A DNA stretch of 64,000 nt from positions 256,001 through 320,000 of the forward strand of contig CAYLXA010000001.1 of NCBI GenBank assembly GCA_964387845.1. Direction: 5' to 3'. The stretch comes from an uncultured bacterium (GTDB taxonomy: Bacteria > Omnitrophota > Omnitrophia > Omnitrophales > Abzuiibacteriaceae). Below are positions 28,825 to 38,859 of this stretch, piece by piece. How positions within the stretch are numbered: the stretch's first letter is position 1; every line of letters starts with the position of its first letter. The notes beneath the pieces were generated by a model, which made no database searches, was not told the DNA's origin, and worked only from the letters and a program-made list of their open reading frames with translations. The position numbers and the translations under genes were made by a program.

Positions 28825-29754
28825 ATGAATGAGTGCCGAAATTCTATATTACACGCTTTCAGTGTTCAAGGTGTTATTTATATGGGAAAACTTACAAAAT
28901 CCACCCGCCGCGGCATTTTCTATATGGTTGCCGCTTCACTCGGGTTTGCCACCATGGCTGCTTTGGTGAAAATTTTGAGCCACAGCCTGCCGCCGTTTGA
29001 AATTGTATTCTTTCGCAGTTTGTTTGGTTCTCTGATCATGGCTGCTGTGCTTTTTAGAAAGCGGAAGTCATTCGTCGGGAAAAATCCAAAGTTGTTGGTT
29101 TGGCGGGGCGTGTTTGGGTTTGCAGCGCTTCTGATGAACTTTTATTCGATTTCAGAACTGAATCTCGGAACCGCAGTCATGCTGAACAACACCTCTCCAA
29201 TTTTTGTTGCGGTCCTTTCATCCATACTATTAAAAGAACGGATTTCGCTCCGGCTTTGGGTTTTAACACTTGCATGCTTCGCAGGCGTGTATTTGCTCAC
29301 GGCTCATCAGCTACTCATTGAACCATTTCCGGTTGTGGTTGGCATACTTTCAGGAGTTCTCGCAGCGGCCGCATTCTTGACCATCAGCGTGGCGGAAGAA
29401 TCAGAATCTTCTTACACTATCATTTTTTATTTTACGACTATTTCTGCAATCGGAAGCTTGCCGCTTTTGAAATTTGGATACGTAACGCCTCATTTAAATG
29501 ATTGGTGGGTCATCGGCGGCATTGCCATCACGTCATTTTTCGCGCAAGTTTATGTCACGCGCTCATTCCGGATTGCCCCGCCTTCGGTGGTAAGCCCATT
29601 TGGATATTTAATGCCGGTGTGTTCGTTTGGTTACGGATTTTTGCTTTGGAAAGACCCTGTAACGCCTAGTATGTTTTTGGGAGCGCTTCTCATCATCATC
29701 AGCGGAGTTCTTATTTACCTCTTCGAACACAAAGCTCGCCCGCTCACTGATTAG
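28825..29754 (+). CDS. EamA/DMT-family permease, 309 aa (the start may be the downstream MGKLTKS)
   Basis: Ten predicted TM helices in two EamA halves. Confidence 0.65.
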   Translation: MNECRNSILHAFSVQGVIYMGKLTKSTRRGIFYMVAASLGFATMAALVKILSHSLPPFEIVFFRSLFGSLIMAAVLFRKRKSFVGKNPKLLVWRGVFGFAALLMNFYSISELNLGTAVMLNNTSPIFVAVLSSILLKERISLRLWVLTLACFAGVYLLTAHQLLIEPFPVVVGILSGVLAAAAFLTISVAEESESSYTIIFYFTTISAIGSLPLLKFGYVTPHLNDWWVIGGIAITSFFAQVYVTRSFRIAPPSVVSPFGYLMPVCSFGYGFLLWKDPVTPSMFLGALLIIISGVLIYLFEHKARPLTD

Positions 29755-29797
29755 AAAATAAAAGGATTAAATCAGGCACGGACTCTGTGCTTTGAAC

Positions 29798-30391
29798 TTA
29801 CGAAGAAATGATGCTGACCAGAAACTCAACGTTGCGCCTGAGCGCGGCGGGATCCTGGAAAGCGCGGGCAAGCAGGTAGGCGCCCTGAATTTGCGACAAA
29901 ATCGCTTCGGCGGCTTCTCTCGGAATAATCGACTGCCGGAATTCATCCTCGTCAATTCCTTCCTGAATGACGCCTTCCAAGTGAGAAGCATAACGGATGA
30001 AGTAGTCGTTTAACTTTTCCTGAAAAAAAGAATGCCGGTCTGCAAGCTCTGCCGTTAGATTTCCGAACACATCACCCGTTTTGCCGCCGCCTGACTCAAA
30101 CTGCTTTACGAGAAACTCGGCAAGCTGCTCGAGCCGCTCCTTGGGAGAAAGTGATTTGTTGCTGAGGATTTTCTGCCAGATTTCTTCATCCACTTTTTCG
30201 AGCATCGCGTCGAATGCGGCCATCGCACAGGCCTCTTTGCTCTCGTAGTGGTAATAAAAGTTGCTTTTTTTGACGCCGCTTTTTTCGAGAATATCATCCA
30301 CGGTCATGTGGTGATAGCCCTTTTCGCGCATCAGGGCAATCGTTGCGTCAATCAATTTGAACTTGTTCCGCCTGCGGATTAGGATTTCCAT
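29798..30391 (-). CDS. TetR-family transcriptional regulator, 197 aa
   Basis: N-terminal HTH GYHHMTVDDILEKSGVKKSNFYYHYESKEA followed by a helical C-terminal domain. Confidence 0.7.
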   Translation of the reverse strand: MEILIRRRNKFKLIDATIALMREKGYHHMTVDDILEKSGVKKSNFYYHYESKEACAMAAFDAMLEKVDEEIWQKILSNKSLSPKERLEQLAEFLVKQFESGGGKTGDVFGNLTAELADRHSFFQEKLNDYFIRYASHLEGVIQEGIDEDEFRQSIIPREAAEAILSQIQGAYLLARAFQDPAALRRNVEFLVSIISS

Positions 30392-30394
30392 AGG

Positions 30395-30742
30395 TTATGT
30401 TTTGAGCTGCTTGGGTAGTTTATCAATTTTTGCAGCCAAAATAAAATCATTTTCTGAGAGGCCGCCGATCGCGTGCGTGCTGAGTTCGACGGTCAGTTTC
30501 CGGTAGGACGTTAAATGAAGGTCCGGGTGATGATTTTCCAGCTCTGCAATTTCCATGATTTTATTGATTAAATCAACGGCACATCTGAAATTTTTCATCA
30601 CGTAGCCGGCCTTAATCAATTTGGCATCCGGCGCCAAAACCCATCCCGACAAGCCCATGAGCAGTTCTTCGGATTGCGACCTTGTAAGCGGCTGCGCACC
30701 GCCTTCGCACGGCACGCATTTTTTATCGGCCAGCGAGCTCAT
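30395..30742 (-). CDS. Pterin-4a-carbinolamine dehydratase, 115 aa
   Basis: LSGWVL...KNFRCAVDLINKIMEIAELENHHPDLHLTSYRKLTVELSTHAIGGLSENDFILAAKID contains the conserved E-x-x-HHPD core. Confidence 0.8.
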   Translation of the reverse strand: MSSLADKKCVPCEGGAQPLTRSQSEELLMGLSGWVLAPDAKLIKAGYVMKNFRCAVDLINKIMEIAELENHHPDLHLTSYRKLTVELSTHAIGGLSENDFILAAKIDKLPKQLKT

Positions 30743-30984
30743 TGAACATCCGCTTTCGGAGGATTTGGATTGGTGAATTCATAGGTATCTAAAATGTAAG
30801 TTTTCTGCACTCTTTCGCCCGGTTTTTCATTCACGTAAGTCGCACCGCCCCACAAGCGAATGCAGCCGGTTTGAATCACCGATAGCGTCAATAAACAAAC
30901 GGCCAAAAGAAATAACCGGGGCCTGATTTTATTCTGTCTAAAAGAAAAGCGCATATTTGGCATACGGCGCTGCCGCTCCCGCAA
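30739..30984 (-). CDS. Small putative lipoprotein, about 60-81 aa
   Basis: Lipobox-like LSVIQTGC after a hydrophobic segment. The start is ambiguous (several Met codons). Confidence 0.35.
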   Translation of the reverse strand: MRERQRRMPNMRFSFRQNKIRPRLFLLAVCLLTLSVIQTGCIRLWGGATYVNEKPGERVQKTYILDTYEFTNPNPPKADVQ

Positions 30985-31255
30985 TATCCCACAAGCCGCT
31001 CATTAAATAAGAAACGGTTTTGGCGGTCCCGCCGACAGCTCCGTTCAGTATACCGATCGGCGGCGCTTGTGTGAAAGATTTTTGCAATAAGTGGGCCGGA
31101 AGTTGGAACGGGGCCGATACGACCTTCCCGAAACCTTGCATGAAGCGGGATGTATCAGAATACTCAACTGCATAAGCGGGTGCTAAAAAAACGAGGAAAC
31201 AGATAAAAAATCCGCCGATGACCGATAAAGAAGAGTGTGTCTTTTTCTGTTTCAT
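30938..31255 (-). CDS. Hypothetical exported protein, 105 aa
   Basis: Signal peptide LSVIGGFFICFLVFLAPAYA. No family recognised. Confidence 0.35.
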   Translation of the reverse strand: MKQKKTHSSLSVIGGFFICFLVFLAPAYAVEYSDTSRFMQGFGKVVSAPFQLPAHLLQKSFTQAPPIGILNGAVGGTAKTVSYLMSGLWDIAGAAAPYAKYALFF

Positions 31256-31324
31256 GAGAAACCGTTATTTAGAAAATGCCGGTATATTGAATATCGGCCT
31301 TCGTGGAGCAAAAATAATCTCTTT

Positions 31325-31930
31325 TTACCAGCCGAGCCCTAATTTCTTAAATGCCTCAATCAAACGTGCGGGCGATATGAATTGAATGCCGTGAATACCG
31401 ACCCGTTCCGCGGCTTGTACAAATTCAGCGACATCATCAACAAAAACCGACTCCTCGGGTTTTTGCCCAGACACTTCAAGTGCATGGCGAAAGATCGCTT
31501 CATCGGGTTTACGGTAACCGACTTCGTGAGAGGGAAAATGACGCTTGAAGTGCTTTAAAACAGGAAATTTCTGTTTGATGAATTCAAAGTGAAGTTCGTT
31601 CGTGTTCGAAATCAAAAAAAGCGGATACTGTTTCGAAAGCGCTGCCACCAAATCCAGCATGCCGTCATTTTCCGTGAAAATGTCGTTCCACATTTCTGAA
31701 AATGATTCAAAAGTAATTTGAGCCGGATAACGGGCTTTGATTTGATTGAAGAATTCAAGTGACGAGATTTTTCCGGTCGTGTAAGAACGTTCCAAATCGG
31801 AAACAAAAAGGTCCCGCCATAATTGCGCCTCACTAATGCCAAATGCTTTTGACAATTTTCCGGCCGCGATATTGGCGTCAAATTTGACCAACACGTTTCC
31901 CAAATCAAAAAAGATTGCGCGAATCGCCAT
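31325..31930 (-). CDS. HAD-superfamily hydrolase, 201 aa
   Basis: Motif I IFFDLGNVL. Later ISNTN and VDD motifs. Confidence 0.7.
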   Translation of the reverse strand: MAIRAIFFDLGNVLVKFDANIAAGKLSKAFGISEAQLWRDLFVSDLERSYTTGKISSLEFFNQIKARYPAQITFESFSEMWNDIFTENDGMLDLVAALSKQYPLFLISNTNELHFEFIKQKFPVLKHFKRHFPSHEVGYRKPDEAIFRHALEVSGQKPEESVFVDDVAEFVQAAERVGIHGIQFISPARLIEAFKKLGLGW

Positions 31931-32823
31931 CAGACTGCCGTTTCTCCCTCTTTTTCCAAGTGATCCAGGAATTTCTCATCCTTTTTCCAATCTTTGCGCT
32001 CCTTGACGGTAAGTTGCAGAAAAATTTTCTTACCTAAGAACAGCTCGATGTCTTCACGCGCATTTTTGCCGATGAGTTTAATCATTTTTCCGCCCTGCCC
32101 GACCAGAATACCCTTCTGCGAATCCCGTTCCACAAAAATGGTCGCTTCAATGACTGCCAACTTTTCACTTTTTTCCTGAAAACTATCGATTTCTACCGCC
32201 ACCGAATAAGGAACTTCCTGGCTTGCCAGGCGGAAAATCTTTTCGCGGATCATTTCGGTCGCAATGAAACGCTCTGTATGGTTCGATGCCTGGTCTTCGG
32301 GAAAATAAAGCGGGTGTTCCGGCAAAATTTCAAATGTCTTTTCCAAAAGTTCCGGAAGATTGTCGCGGTGCATCGCCGAAACAGGAAAAAGCGCTTCGAA
32401 CTTAAAGAGTTTGTGATAACAATCCAAAACCGGCAAGAGTTCAGGCTTTGCAACCGTATCGACCTTGTTGACCAATAAAAAAACGGGTTTAGCTAATTTT
32501 TGGATCGTTTTCCCGATTTCTGTTTCTTCTTTTCCGGGAATTTGCGGGAACACCATCCAGTAGATAATGTCGGTTTCCAAAAACGATTTTTGCGCGTCCT
32601 TCACCATCCGTTCTCCGTAGGCATCTTTGGGCTGATGAAGCCCGGGCGTATCGAGAAAAACAATCTGGCCGCGCGGTTCGGTCAAAATACCGCGCACGGT
32701 TTGGCGGGTTGTTTGAGGTTTCGGAGAAACCGCCGCAAGCTTGGTACCGACCAATCGGTTGAGCAAGGTTGATTTTCCGACATTCGGCCTTCCAACGATC
32801 GTGACAAATCCGGCTTTGCTCAT
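31930..32823 (-). CDS. era: GTPase Era, 297 aa
   Basis: G1 GRPNVGKSTLLN, G3 DTPG, G4 NKVD, and a C-terminal KH domain (VIEATIFVERDSQKGILVGQGGKMIK). Confidence 0.9.
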   Translation of the reverse strand: MSKAGFVTIVGRPNVGKSTLLNRLVGTKLAAVSPKPQTTRQTVRGILTEPRGQIVFLDTPGLHQPKDAYGERMVKDAQKSFLETDIIYWMVFPQIPGKEETEIGKTIQKLAKPVFLLVNKVDTVAKPELLPVLDCYHKLFKFEALFPVSAMHRDNLPELLEKTFEILPEHPLYFPEDQASNHTERFIATEMIREKIFRLASQEVPYSVAVEIDSFQEKSEKLAVIEATIFVERDSQKGILVGQGGKMIKLIGKNAREDIELFLGKKIFLQLTVKERKDWKKDEKFLDHLEKEGETAV

Positions 32824-32826
32824 ACT

Positions 32827-34047
32827 CTATAAGGCAGGGTTTTTACTGGATGACTTTTGAGACTGCTGCGAAAACCGGTCCACCAGTTGTTTTAGAAGAT
32901 CCGCAGGTTTTGCTTCAGCCTTTCCGCCGGTTACAAATTTTTCAACCTGTTTCAATGAATCGGCGTTGAGGCGGTCAATGGATTTATCGAGCTTTTCATG
33001 AGCTGATGTGAAAAATGAATTTGCAAGCTCCTGCTTCAAATCAAACGAGGGATCTCCCAGGTTCCCGGATACCGAAAAATCAAACTCGAAGGGCTTGTCA
33101 TTCATCAGCGTAAAAAATTGTGACAGTGTTTTTCTTGAAAATCCAAACACAATTTCATCCGCTTTTTTGCCGTTCGTTTCTGGAATTACCACGTTCCTTA
33201 ATTTAATTTGATTATCGATCTTCAACTGATTATTTTCGCAGTAGAAGACAGAGTCAATATCTGTAAAACCGCCGGCAATCCCTGCCTGTGTCGGAACCGA
33301 GTTCAGCGAATTCACATCGCGCAGTGCAATATTTTGAAAACTGCTCTTTATTTTAAAATTTTTGTTATTCGAAAGGAAGATGCCGGTCCCCGAAATTCGA
33401 ATTTTACCTTCTTCTCGCCCGGTTAATTTCGAACTTAAATAAAATGAGGTGGTTGCTGGGCTGTTCGGCCGAGGCGGATAATTAAATTCTGAAAATGAGA
33501 AATCGATGTCCCGGAATACCCATTCCCTCTGCTCCGGCAGTGCATTGTGATTTAGATGACGGACGGTCCCGCTTTTAATAGAAAAATGCTGAATCGCATA
33601 ACGCTGAAAAAATTCGAACTTCCCAATCCGGATCTGAGGCCTGAAAAGCTGCTTAAACCGGTGCCCCAATACATCGGAATTTAAATTACCTCTCGGATCC
33701 CGCTCCAAATTCAAAACCGGGTTGATCAGACGGACTTCTTCTACGATAAATTCATTCGCCAGAAAACTCGTAAAGCTCAGATTAATTTCGAGGCGCTTAA
33801 TCGAAAGAAAGATCCGCTCCCGGGAGCCGGGCACATTACCCACTTCGAGCCCCTCCAGCCACACAGTTGCATTTAAGAAGTTAATGCCTCCCCTCTCGAC
33901 ACTCGTCGGAACGCCCAACAATGTTTTTCCGTTCTTTTCTACCATCGAGGGGATAAGAATTTGAGAAGCCAGATGAGCAGAGCTCAAGAGGATAATAAGC
34001 AATAAAACAGCGATGATAATAACAAGATGTGACTTTCTAAGCGGCAT
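32827..34047 (-). CDS. Membrane-anchored hypothetical protein, 406 aa (N-terminal TM helix, large extracytoplasmic domain)
   Basis: TM helix LVIIIAVLLLIILLSSAHLA. No confident family. Confidence 0.45.
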   Translation of the reverse strand: MPLRKSHLVIIIAVLLLIILLSSAHLASQILIPSMVEKNGKTLLGVPTSVERGGINFLNATVWLEGLEVGNVPGSRERIFLSIKRLEINLSFTSFLANEFIVEEVRLINPVLNLERDPRGNLNSDVLGHRFKQLFRPQIRIGKFEFFQRYAIQHFSIKSGTVRHLNHNALPEQREWVFRDIDFSFSEFNYPPRPNSPATTSFYLSSKLTGREEGKIRISGTGIFLSNNKNFKIKSSFQNIALRDVNSLNSVPTQAGIAGGFTDIDSVFYCENNQLKIDNQIKLRNVVIPETNGKKADEIVFGFSRKTLSQFFTLMNDKPFEFDFSVSGNLGDPSFDLKQELANSFFTSAHEKLDKSIDRLNADSLKQVEKFVTGGKAEAKPADLLKQLVDRFSQQSQKSSSKNPAL

Positions 34048-34092
34048 AGCGAGTCAGATTACTAAAAAATCTCTCCCATTTCAAGAAAGCTC

Positions 34093-35769
34093 TTACTCCC
34101 GTTCTTGCCTTACTTTGCTGCTCACCTGAAACTGCATGTAGCGGCCGAGCATCAATCTGGTTTGAGCATCCAAAGCCGGCAGCGCCAAAAGCGTAGCCAA
34201 AATGACCGGCAAGAAGAAAAATTGAAGGATAAAAGTCAGATTTTTAAACCTCGAAACATGCGAAGGCCGTTTTGGTAAAAGCAAGAAGCTGATCGCGAGC
34301 GTCACGATCACCGACAAGCCCGCCATTTGAAAAATCATAGCCGAAATTTTCGGTAAATTATAAGAAATGACGGAAAGGCCGTATTCTCTTCCGCCCCAAA
34401 TAACGGGCAGCCAGCCAAATAAACTGATGATTAATCCCCAAGTTGCCCATGAAACGTGGTTCTCGAGCATTTTGAGCCCGTGCGTGATTTTCACGGAAAG
34501 CGGAATCCTGGGATTCTGCGCAAAGCCTTCCATAATCATCGGAAAGTTTTCAATCCCCCAGGCCCATCGGCGTTTTTGTTTGTAAATTTTGATAAACGTA
34601 TCGAACCAATTTTCACCGACAATAATGCTCATGGAAAGTGTCACATTCAGCGGCACTGTTTTATAGTGCCCGTCAAAATGCAGGAAACACCGCCAAAAAA
34701 TTGCCGAATCATCGGAAATCATGTCTACAGGCCAATAATTCACATCAACCAGCGTTTGAAAATTCATACTGTGACTTGAAAATGTAACCAAATGGTCCGG
34801 ATCCGCCGATTCAATCAGCTGGCCGAACGAAGAACCGGTATCCATCATGCGCGCAAACGCCGGGACTTCCCAGACATTGTTGTGATAAACCGGGATCGGC
34901 TGAAAACTGCACCGCATCCTGTCTTCGCGGATTAGAAAATGATACGTAAGAGACGAAAAATATTCTTTTGTGACACAAGTATCCGCATCAAAACAGGAAA
35001 TGAGGACATTTTGCAATGGGATTTTCTGTTTTTCCAAAAACTCCTTTACCCTTTTCGCAGCCCAGCTCGCATTGGCACCTTTGACAGGCGTTTCACCGGG
35101 CAAACCATCCGGATGAAAGGTCACGAGAAAATTAAAAAACACGCTGGTATAGGATTTATAAAGTTCTTCGGCCTTTAATTTCGCGCCTTCGCCTTCGCGA
35201 TCTTCGAATGCCACCACCACAATCATCCGGTCAAGCGGATAGTTAGCATTCCGTATAGAATTTAAAGTATCTTTAAGGACACGCATATCTTCCCGAAACG
35301 CCGGCAGGATAACAGCGTGATAAATTAAGCCGTAATCCGGAATTTCGGTTTTTGCCCGCACGAGCCGCTCGACACGGTGCAGGTATTCCGTCTGAGACCT
35401 GAATTTGCGGACTAGTTTGATTTTATTCTCGGAGCGGTGGAGTTTTTTGATTTCCTGATAAAGCCCGTTCAATCTTTCTTTAATCTTTGTTTCAAACTCA
35501 CTCAAATTCATGAGTTCTTTGCACCGCATTTGCCAATCCGTATCCCGCTCCTGGTCCAAAATCGAGTAAGACAACACGATTAACGTTGTCATATAAAATA
35601 AGCGGAACACCCAAAATAAATTAAACAACAAAACCAGAATTGCGCCCGCGATGGGTTTGGCAGCAGCTGTGGCTATAAAAAGAATGAGCAGGCTCCAGCT
35701 GATAAGGCCTGGGACAATCTCGAAAATGCGCCGAAAAAGGTAACTTTTTTTAGTAAGTGATTCTGTCAT
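34093..35769 (-). CDS. Processive family-2 glycosyltransferase (polysaccharide synthase, cellulose/chitin-synthase-like) with multiple TM helices, about 559 aa
   Basis: D, DxD (CFDADTC) and Q-x-x-R-W (QKRRWAWG) motifs, with N- and C-terminal TM clusters. The ORF-track start at 35901 overlaps the upstream gene. The first ATG clear of that gene (MTESLTKK) is the reverse complement of 35767..35769. Confidence 0.65.
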   Translation of the reverse strand: MTESLTKKSYLFRRIFEIVPGLISWSLLILFIATAAAKPIAGAILVLLFNLFWVFRLFYMTTLIVLSYSILDQERDTDWQMRCKELMNLSEFETKIKERLNGLYQEIKKLHRSENKIKLVRKFRSQTEYLHRVERLVRAKTEIPDYGLIYHAVILPAFREDMRVLKDTLNSIRNANYPLDRMIVVVAFEDREGEGAKLKAEELYKSYTSVFFNFLVTFHPDGLPGETPVKGANASWAAKRVKEFLEKQKIPLQNVLISCFDADTCVTKEYFSSLTYHFLIREDRMRCSFQPIPVYHNNVWEVPAFARMMDTGSSFGQLIESADPDHLVTFSSHSMNFQTLVDVNYWPVDMISDDSAIFWRCFLHFDGHYKTVPLNVTLSMSIIVGENWFDTFIKIYKQKRRWAWGIENFPMIMEGFAQNPRIPLSVKITHGLKMLENHVSWATWGLIISLFGWLPVIWGGREYGLSVISYNLPKISAMIFQMAGLSVIVTLAISFLLLPKRPSHVSRFKNLTFILQFFFLPVILATLLALPALDAQTRLMLGRYMQFQVSSKVRQERE

Positions 35770-35782
35770 TTTGTGGCCAACA

Positions 35783-37270
35783 CTAATCCAAAGAAATTTG
35801 AACCGGTGAATGATAGGGTTTTGTAAATTTAATTGAAAACGGAAAAAGCGACGGCTCCAACAATTCGGCTTCGCAGATTTGCGTACGCTCATCGGAATCA
35901 CAGCCGGTCCAATATATTCTGCCGCTTAGCTCGTCCAAATGAATGGACAGCTCATCACCCGCCCAATGTTCGGCGATTGTTTGGCTCGAAACCGAATTGC
36001 CGGTTGTAAAATTCATTTCGATCAGTTCGATCGTCTTAGCGGTTGCCATGACCGCATATTTTCCCTGCCGGATCATCTGCGCAAACAAGATCGGGCGGTC
36101 ACTCTTCCAAATCAACCTTTTCTGCGGGCCCTCCTCAAAAAAACTGTCCCGCTTTCCCGCCGTTTGCAGGTCAAGCAGCCAAAGCTCTTTTGATTTCCAA
36201 AAGAGCAGCTGCTCGAGCCCGGGCATCAACCTGACCGATTTGACATCCTCATCAATAAAATAAGGCAGCCGGTTCATGAGAAGCTTGCCATCCTCCGAAA
36301 GCCAAAACATGGTGCCTTTCTCGGTCATGAAAACCCGGTACGGTTCAAAATCCTCGTCTCCGAAAAAAAACCTTTTGAATCCTTGATTCGGAAATAAATT
36401 GACGATTTTCTTTCCCTCCAAGTCAGCGGAAAAAAGATCCTGTCCGGAATCAAATCCGTAAATTTTGTCGCCGATCACTTCAAAAGAAAGAACCTTGCTG
36501 ATGAGCCCCGTTTTGTGGGAGCGGCTCCCGAGATCGATTAGATCAATCCGATCTCCGTTCAGGCAAAATAACTTTTCGGAATCATTCGGATGAAAGCGCG
36601 CGTTGGAAACCGGATCCTGAGTAAATTTTGATAGAAAAACCGGCAAGGCGTCCTCCGAAACCGTGCTGGCGACATACTCTGTCCGGGAACCGCTTTGAAA
36701 CCCGATCAATACCCTTTTTTCATCTGCTGACGAACTAATTTCGACTGAATTTACTTTTGAATCCTTTTCTTCAAACTCAACAACCGGAAAGGACTTTTTC
36801 TTTTTAACGTCATGCGCCAGAATCGTTACTTTATTGCGAGCTTGGTGAACAAGAAATAAATACTTGTCGTCGTCTGAGGGCAGAAAAGCGTTGACAGGAA
36901 AAATGGTGGATTTTGATTGATGTAACTCTTTTGGTATCAATAAGATATGCTCAATCCGAGTTACCTCCTCCTGCCGCACTTCGAGATCGCGGCTCCAAGA
37001 TTGATAATCTTTACGCACAACTTCAACATGATACCGTCCGGGCCTTAAACCCGAAATTGCCGCGGGGCTTTTCCCACGATAATGGTGGTCAACTAAAATA
37101 TCCGAAGATTTAGGCTCCGACACAACCGAGATGATTCCTGTTTTCACAAAATTTTTTGAAACAGGATCAAACACAAAACCGAGCGAATAAAGAGCGAGGA
37201 CGGGCGCAGTAAGAAAATAAAGAATGATAAACAGCCAAAAAATGACTTTGCGTAGTGTGCTGAGTCTCAT
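35783..37270 (-). CDS. PEGA-domain protein with an N-terminal TM anchor and a C-terminal beta-propeller-like region, 495 aa
   Basis: TM helix VIFWLFIILYFLTAPVLALY. PEGA signature IISVVSEPKSSDILVDHHYRGKSPAAISGLRPGRYHVEVVRKDYQSW. Confidence 0.6.
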   Translation of the reverse strand: MRLSTLRKVIFWLFIILYFLTAPVLALYSLGFVFDPVSKNFVKTGIISVVSEPKSSDILVDHHYRGKSPAAISGLRPGRYHVEVVRKDYQSWSRDLEVRQEEVTRIEHILLIPKELHQSKSTIFPVNAFLPSDDDKYLFLVHQARNKVTILAHDVKKKKSFPVVEFEEKDSKVNSVEISSSADEKRVLIGFQSGSRTEYVASTVSEDALPVFLSKFTQDPVSNARFHPNDSEKLFCLNGDRIDLIDLGSRSHKTGLISKVLSFEVIGDKIYGFDSGQDLFSADLEGKKIVNLFPNQGFKRFFFGDEDFEPYRVFMTEKGTMFWLSEDGKLLMNRLPYFIDEDVKSVRLMPGLEQLLFWKSKELWLLDLQTAGKRDSFFEEGPQKRLIWKSDRPILFAQMIRQGKYAVMATAKTIELIEMNFTTGNSVSSQTIAEHWAGDELSIHLDELSGRIYWTGCDSDERTQICEAELLEPSLFPFSIKFTKPYHSPVQISLD

Positions 37271-37285
37271 ATCTTAGGAAAATCT

Positions 37286-37999
37286 TTACGATTTTTTCTC
37301 AAGCCAACGGAACAATTGGGAAAAAAACTGCACGTACCGGTGACCGACTTCCATCGCCGACTGCTTCGTCACTTGCTGCTTAATGCGTTTCTCGCCCCAA
37401 TCCACCATTCCTCCGCACCAATGCGGCGCAATGTCGCTTGTCCATGCTCCGGTTTTTCCCTTCCCGAAACTTCCGAACACAAGAAGCGGCGCTTTCTTTC
37501 CGGACACTTTCTCAACAAGCTGTAGAATGATTTTCACATTTTTTTTCGGAATCACTTGATTATAGCCAATAATCACCGGACTGACTTTGAGCGGAATATT
37601 TTTTAAAACTGCGTGGGCGTTGACTTTTCTAAAATAAGCGCCGCTTGCAAGCTGGCGCCGGTCATCTCCCCTTTTGCAGAAAACGGGCAGCGCTTTTTCA
37701 ATGGGCGTTTTCCGGTAACCGCCATCCAAACCCGTAAAAGACCCCCACCCGCCAATCATGAGCAATCCGGTACCGCGCGAAACTTGGCTTACGATTTTCT
37801 TCATAACAGCCGGCGACAGGTTCTTTCGCGAATAATCACTGATGATAATCAGAGAAAAAGTTCTGGCGAGTACGGCGGCTGATACTTTTTTGCCGGGCGG
37901 AACATGAATGACGGAACGCTTCATGCGTTTTGCAATACCCAACAAATAACGTGCGTTGTGCTCAGCAGGGCCGTCGCCCAAATAAAGATACGGTTTCAT
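37286..37999 (-). CDS. Hypothetical protein, 237 aa (possibly class-I glutamine-amidotransferase-like fold)
   Basis: ORF only. The family is a weak guess. Confidence 0.35.
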   Translation of the reverse strand: MKPYLYLGDGPAEHNARYLLGIAKRMKRSVIHVPPGKKVSAAVLARTFSLIIISDYSRKNLSPAVMKKIVSQVSRGTGLLMIGGWGSFTGLDGGYRKTPIEKALPVFCKRGDDRRQLASGAYFRKVNAHAVLKNIPLKVSPVIIGYNQVIPKKNVKIILQLVEKVSGKKAPLLVFGSFGKGKTGAWTSDIAPHWCGGMVDWGEKRIKQQVTKQSAMEVGHRYVQFFSQLFRWLEKKS

Positions 38000-38802
38000 T
38001 ATTTATCGTATCCCAATTTTTTAAATGAAAGTTTCAGGATTTGTATCACGGTAGAGCGAGGAACTAATTTCTCAACATAATAAAGCGCCCGATTCCACAA
38101 ACCGGTGATGACACTGGCCGTACGGCGGCGTGCAATCGCGCGAAACGCTTCCTCCACAACCTCCTCGGCAGTCTGTGACGGCCGTTTATCAAGCGGATGA
38201 TGCTCGTAACCGGCTGCCTCTCCAAAATTGGTTTCGGTCCTGCCGGGGCATACATTAATAATTTGAATGCCCTTTTCCGAAAATTCGGACGCAACGGCTT
38301 CTGAAAACGACGTCACAAAAGCCTTTGATGCTGCATAAACTGAAAAGTAAGGCATCGGTTGAAAACCGGCCGTTGAAGAGACGTTGATGATCATTCCGTG
38401 CTTTTGACTCACCATGCCGGGTAAAAACAAATGCGTGAGCGCCACGAGCGCTTTGACGTTCACATCCACCATCTCTAACTGGCGCTCGAGATCTAGTCTT
38501 GTAAAACTACCGATTGCGCCAAAGCCGGCATTGTTGACGAGGCAGTCAATCACGATTCCGCCGCCTCGGATTTCTTCATAAATCTTGCGGTACAAATTGT
38601 CATGAGACAGATCGGCGGGCAAAACAACGGTTTTGATCTGATGTTTTTGTTCGAGGACACGCGCAATGGCCGTTAACTTGTCTTCAGAACGAGCCAGCAA
38701 AACGATGTTCCAACCTTCTTTGGCAAACCGCTCGGCAAACGCCTTTCCGATTCCGGATGATGCACCGGTGATCAGAGCCCATTTATTCTGTTTGGTGATC
38801 AT
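37999..38802 (-). CDS. Short-chain dehydrogenase/reductase (SDR), about 267 aa
   Basis: TGxxxGIG motif ALITGASSGIGKAF 10 aa after the Met of MITKQNKW. Catalytic YAASK. The ORF-track start at 38895 would read through an upstream terminator hairpin and palindromic repeats, so the start at 38802 is preferred. No SD sequence at either start. Confidence 0.75.
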   Translation of the reverse strand: MITKQNKWALITGASSGIGKAFAERFAKEGWNIVLLARSEDKLTAIARVLEQKHQIKTVVLPADLSHDNLYRKIYEEIRGGGIVIDCLVNNAGFGAIGSFTRLDLERQLEMVDVNVKALVALTHLFLPGMVSQKHGMIINVSSTAGFQPMPYFSVYAASKAFVTSFSEAVASEFSEKGIQIINVCPGRTETNFGEAAGYEHHPLDKRPSQTAEEVVEEAFRAIARRRTASVITGLWNRALYYVEKLVPRSTVIQILKLSFKKLGYDK

Positions 38803-38821
38803 AGCCGGTATTATAACACTT

Positions 38822-38859
38822 AAAAAAGCAAAAACCCTTGGCAATTTCTCGCCAAGGGT
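38822..38859 (-). terminator. Rho-independent terminator for nrdJ (minus strand): stem cccttggc / gccaaggg followed on the RNA by a U tract
   Basis: Plus strand aaaaaagcaaaaa-cccttggc-aatttctc-gccaaggg. The A tract is on the side that becomes 3' U's in the minus-strand transcript. Confidence 0.55.

Noticed and set aside
35770-35901. N-terminal 44-aa extension of the GT2 synthase ORF (MIPMSVRK...) overlapping the 3' end of the PEGA gene
   Set aside because: The extension overlaps the upstream gene by 119 nt. An in-frame ATG (MTESLTKK, 35769) starts right after the PEGA stop, so I use the shorter gene.
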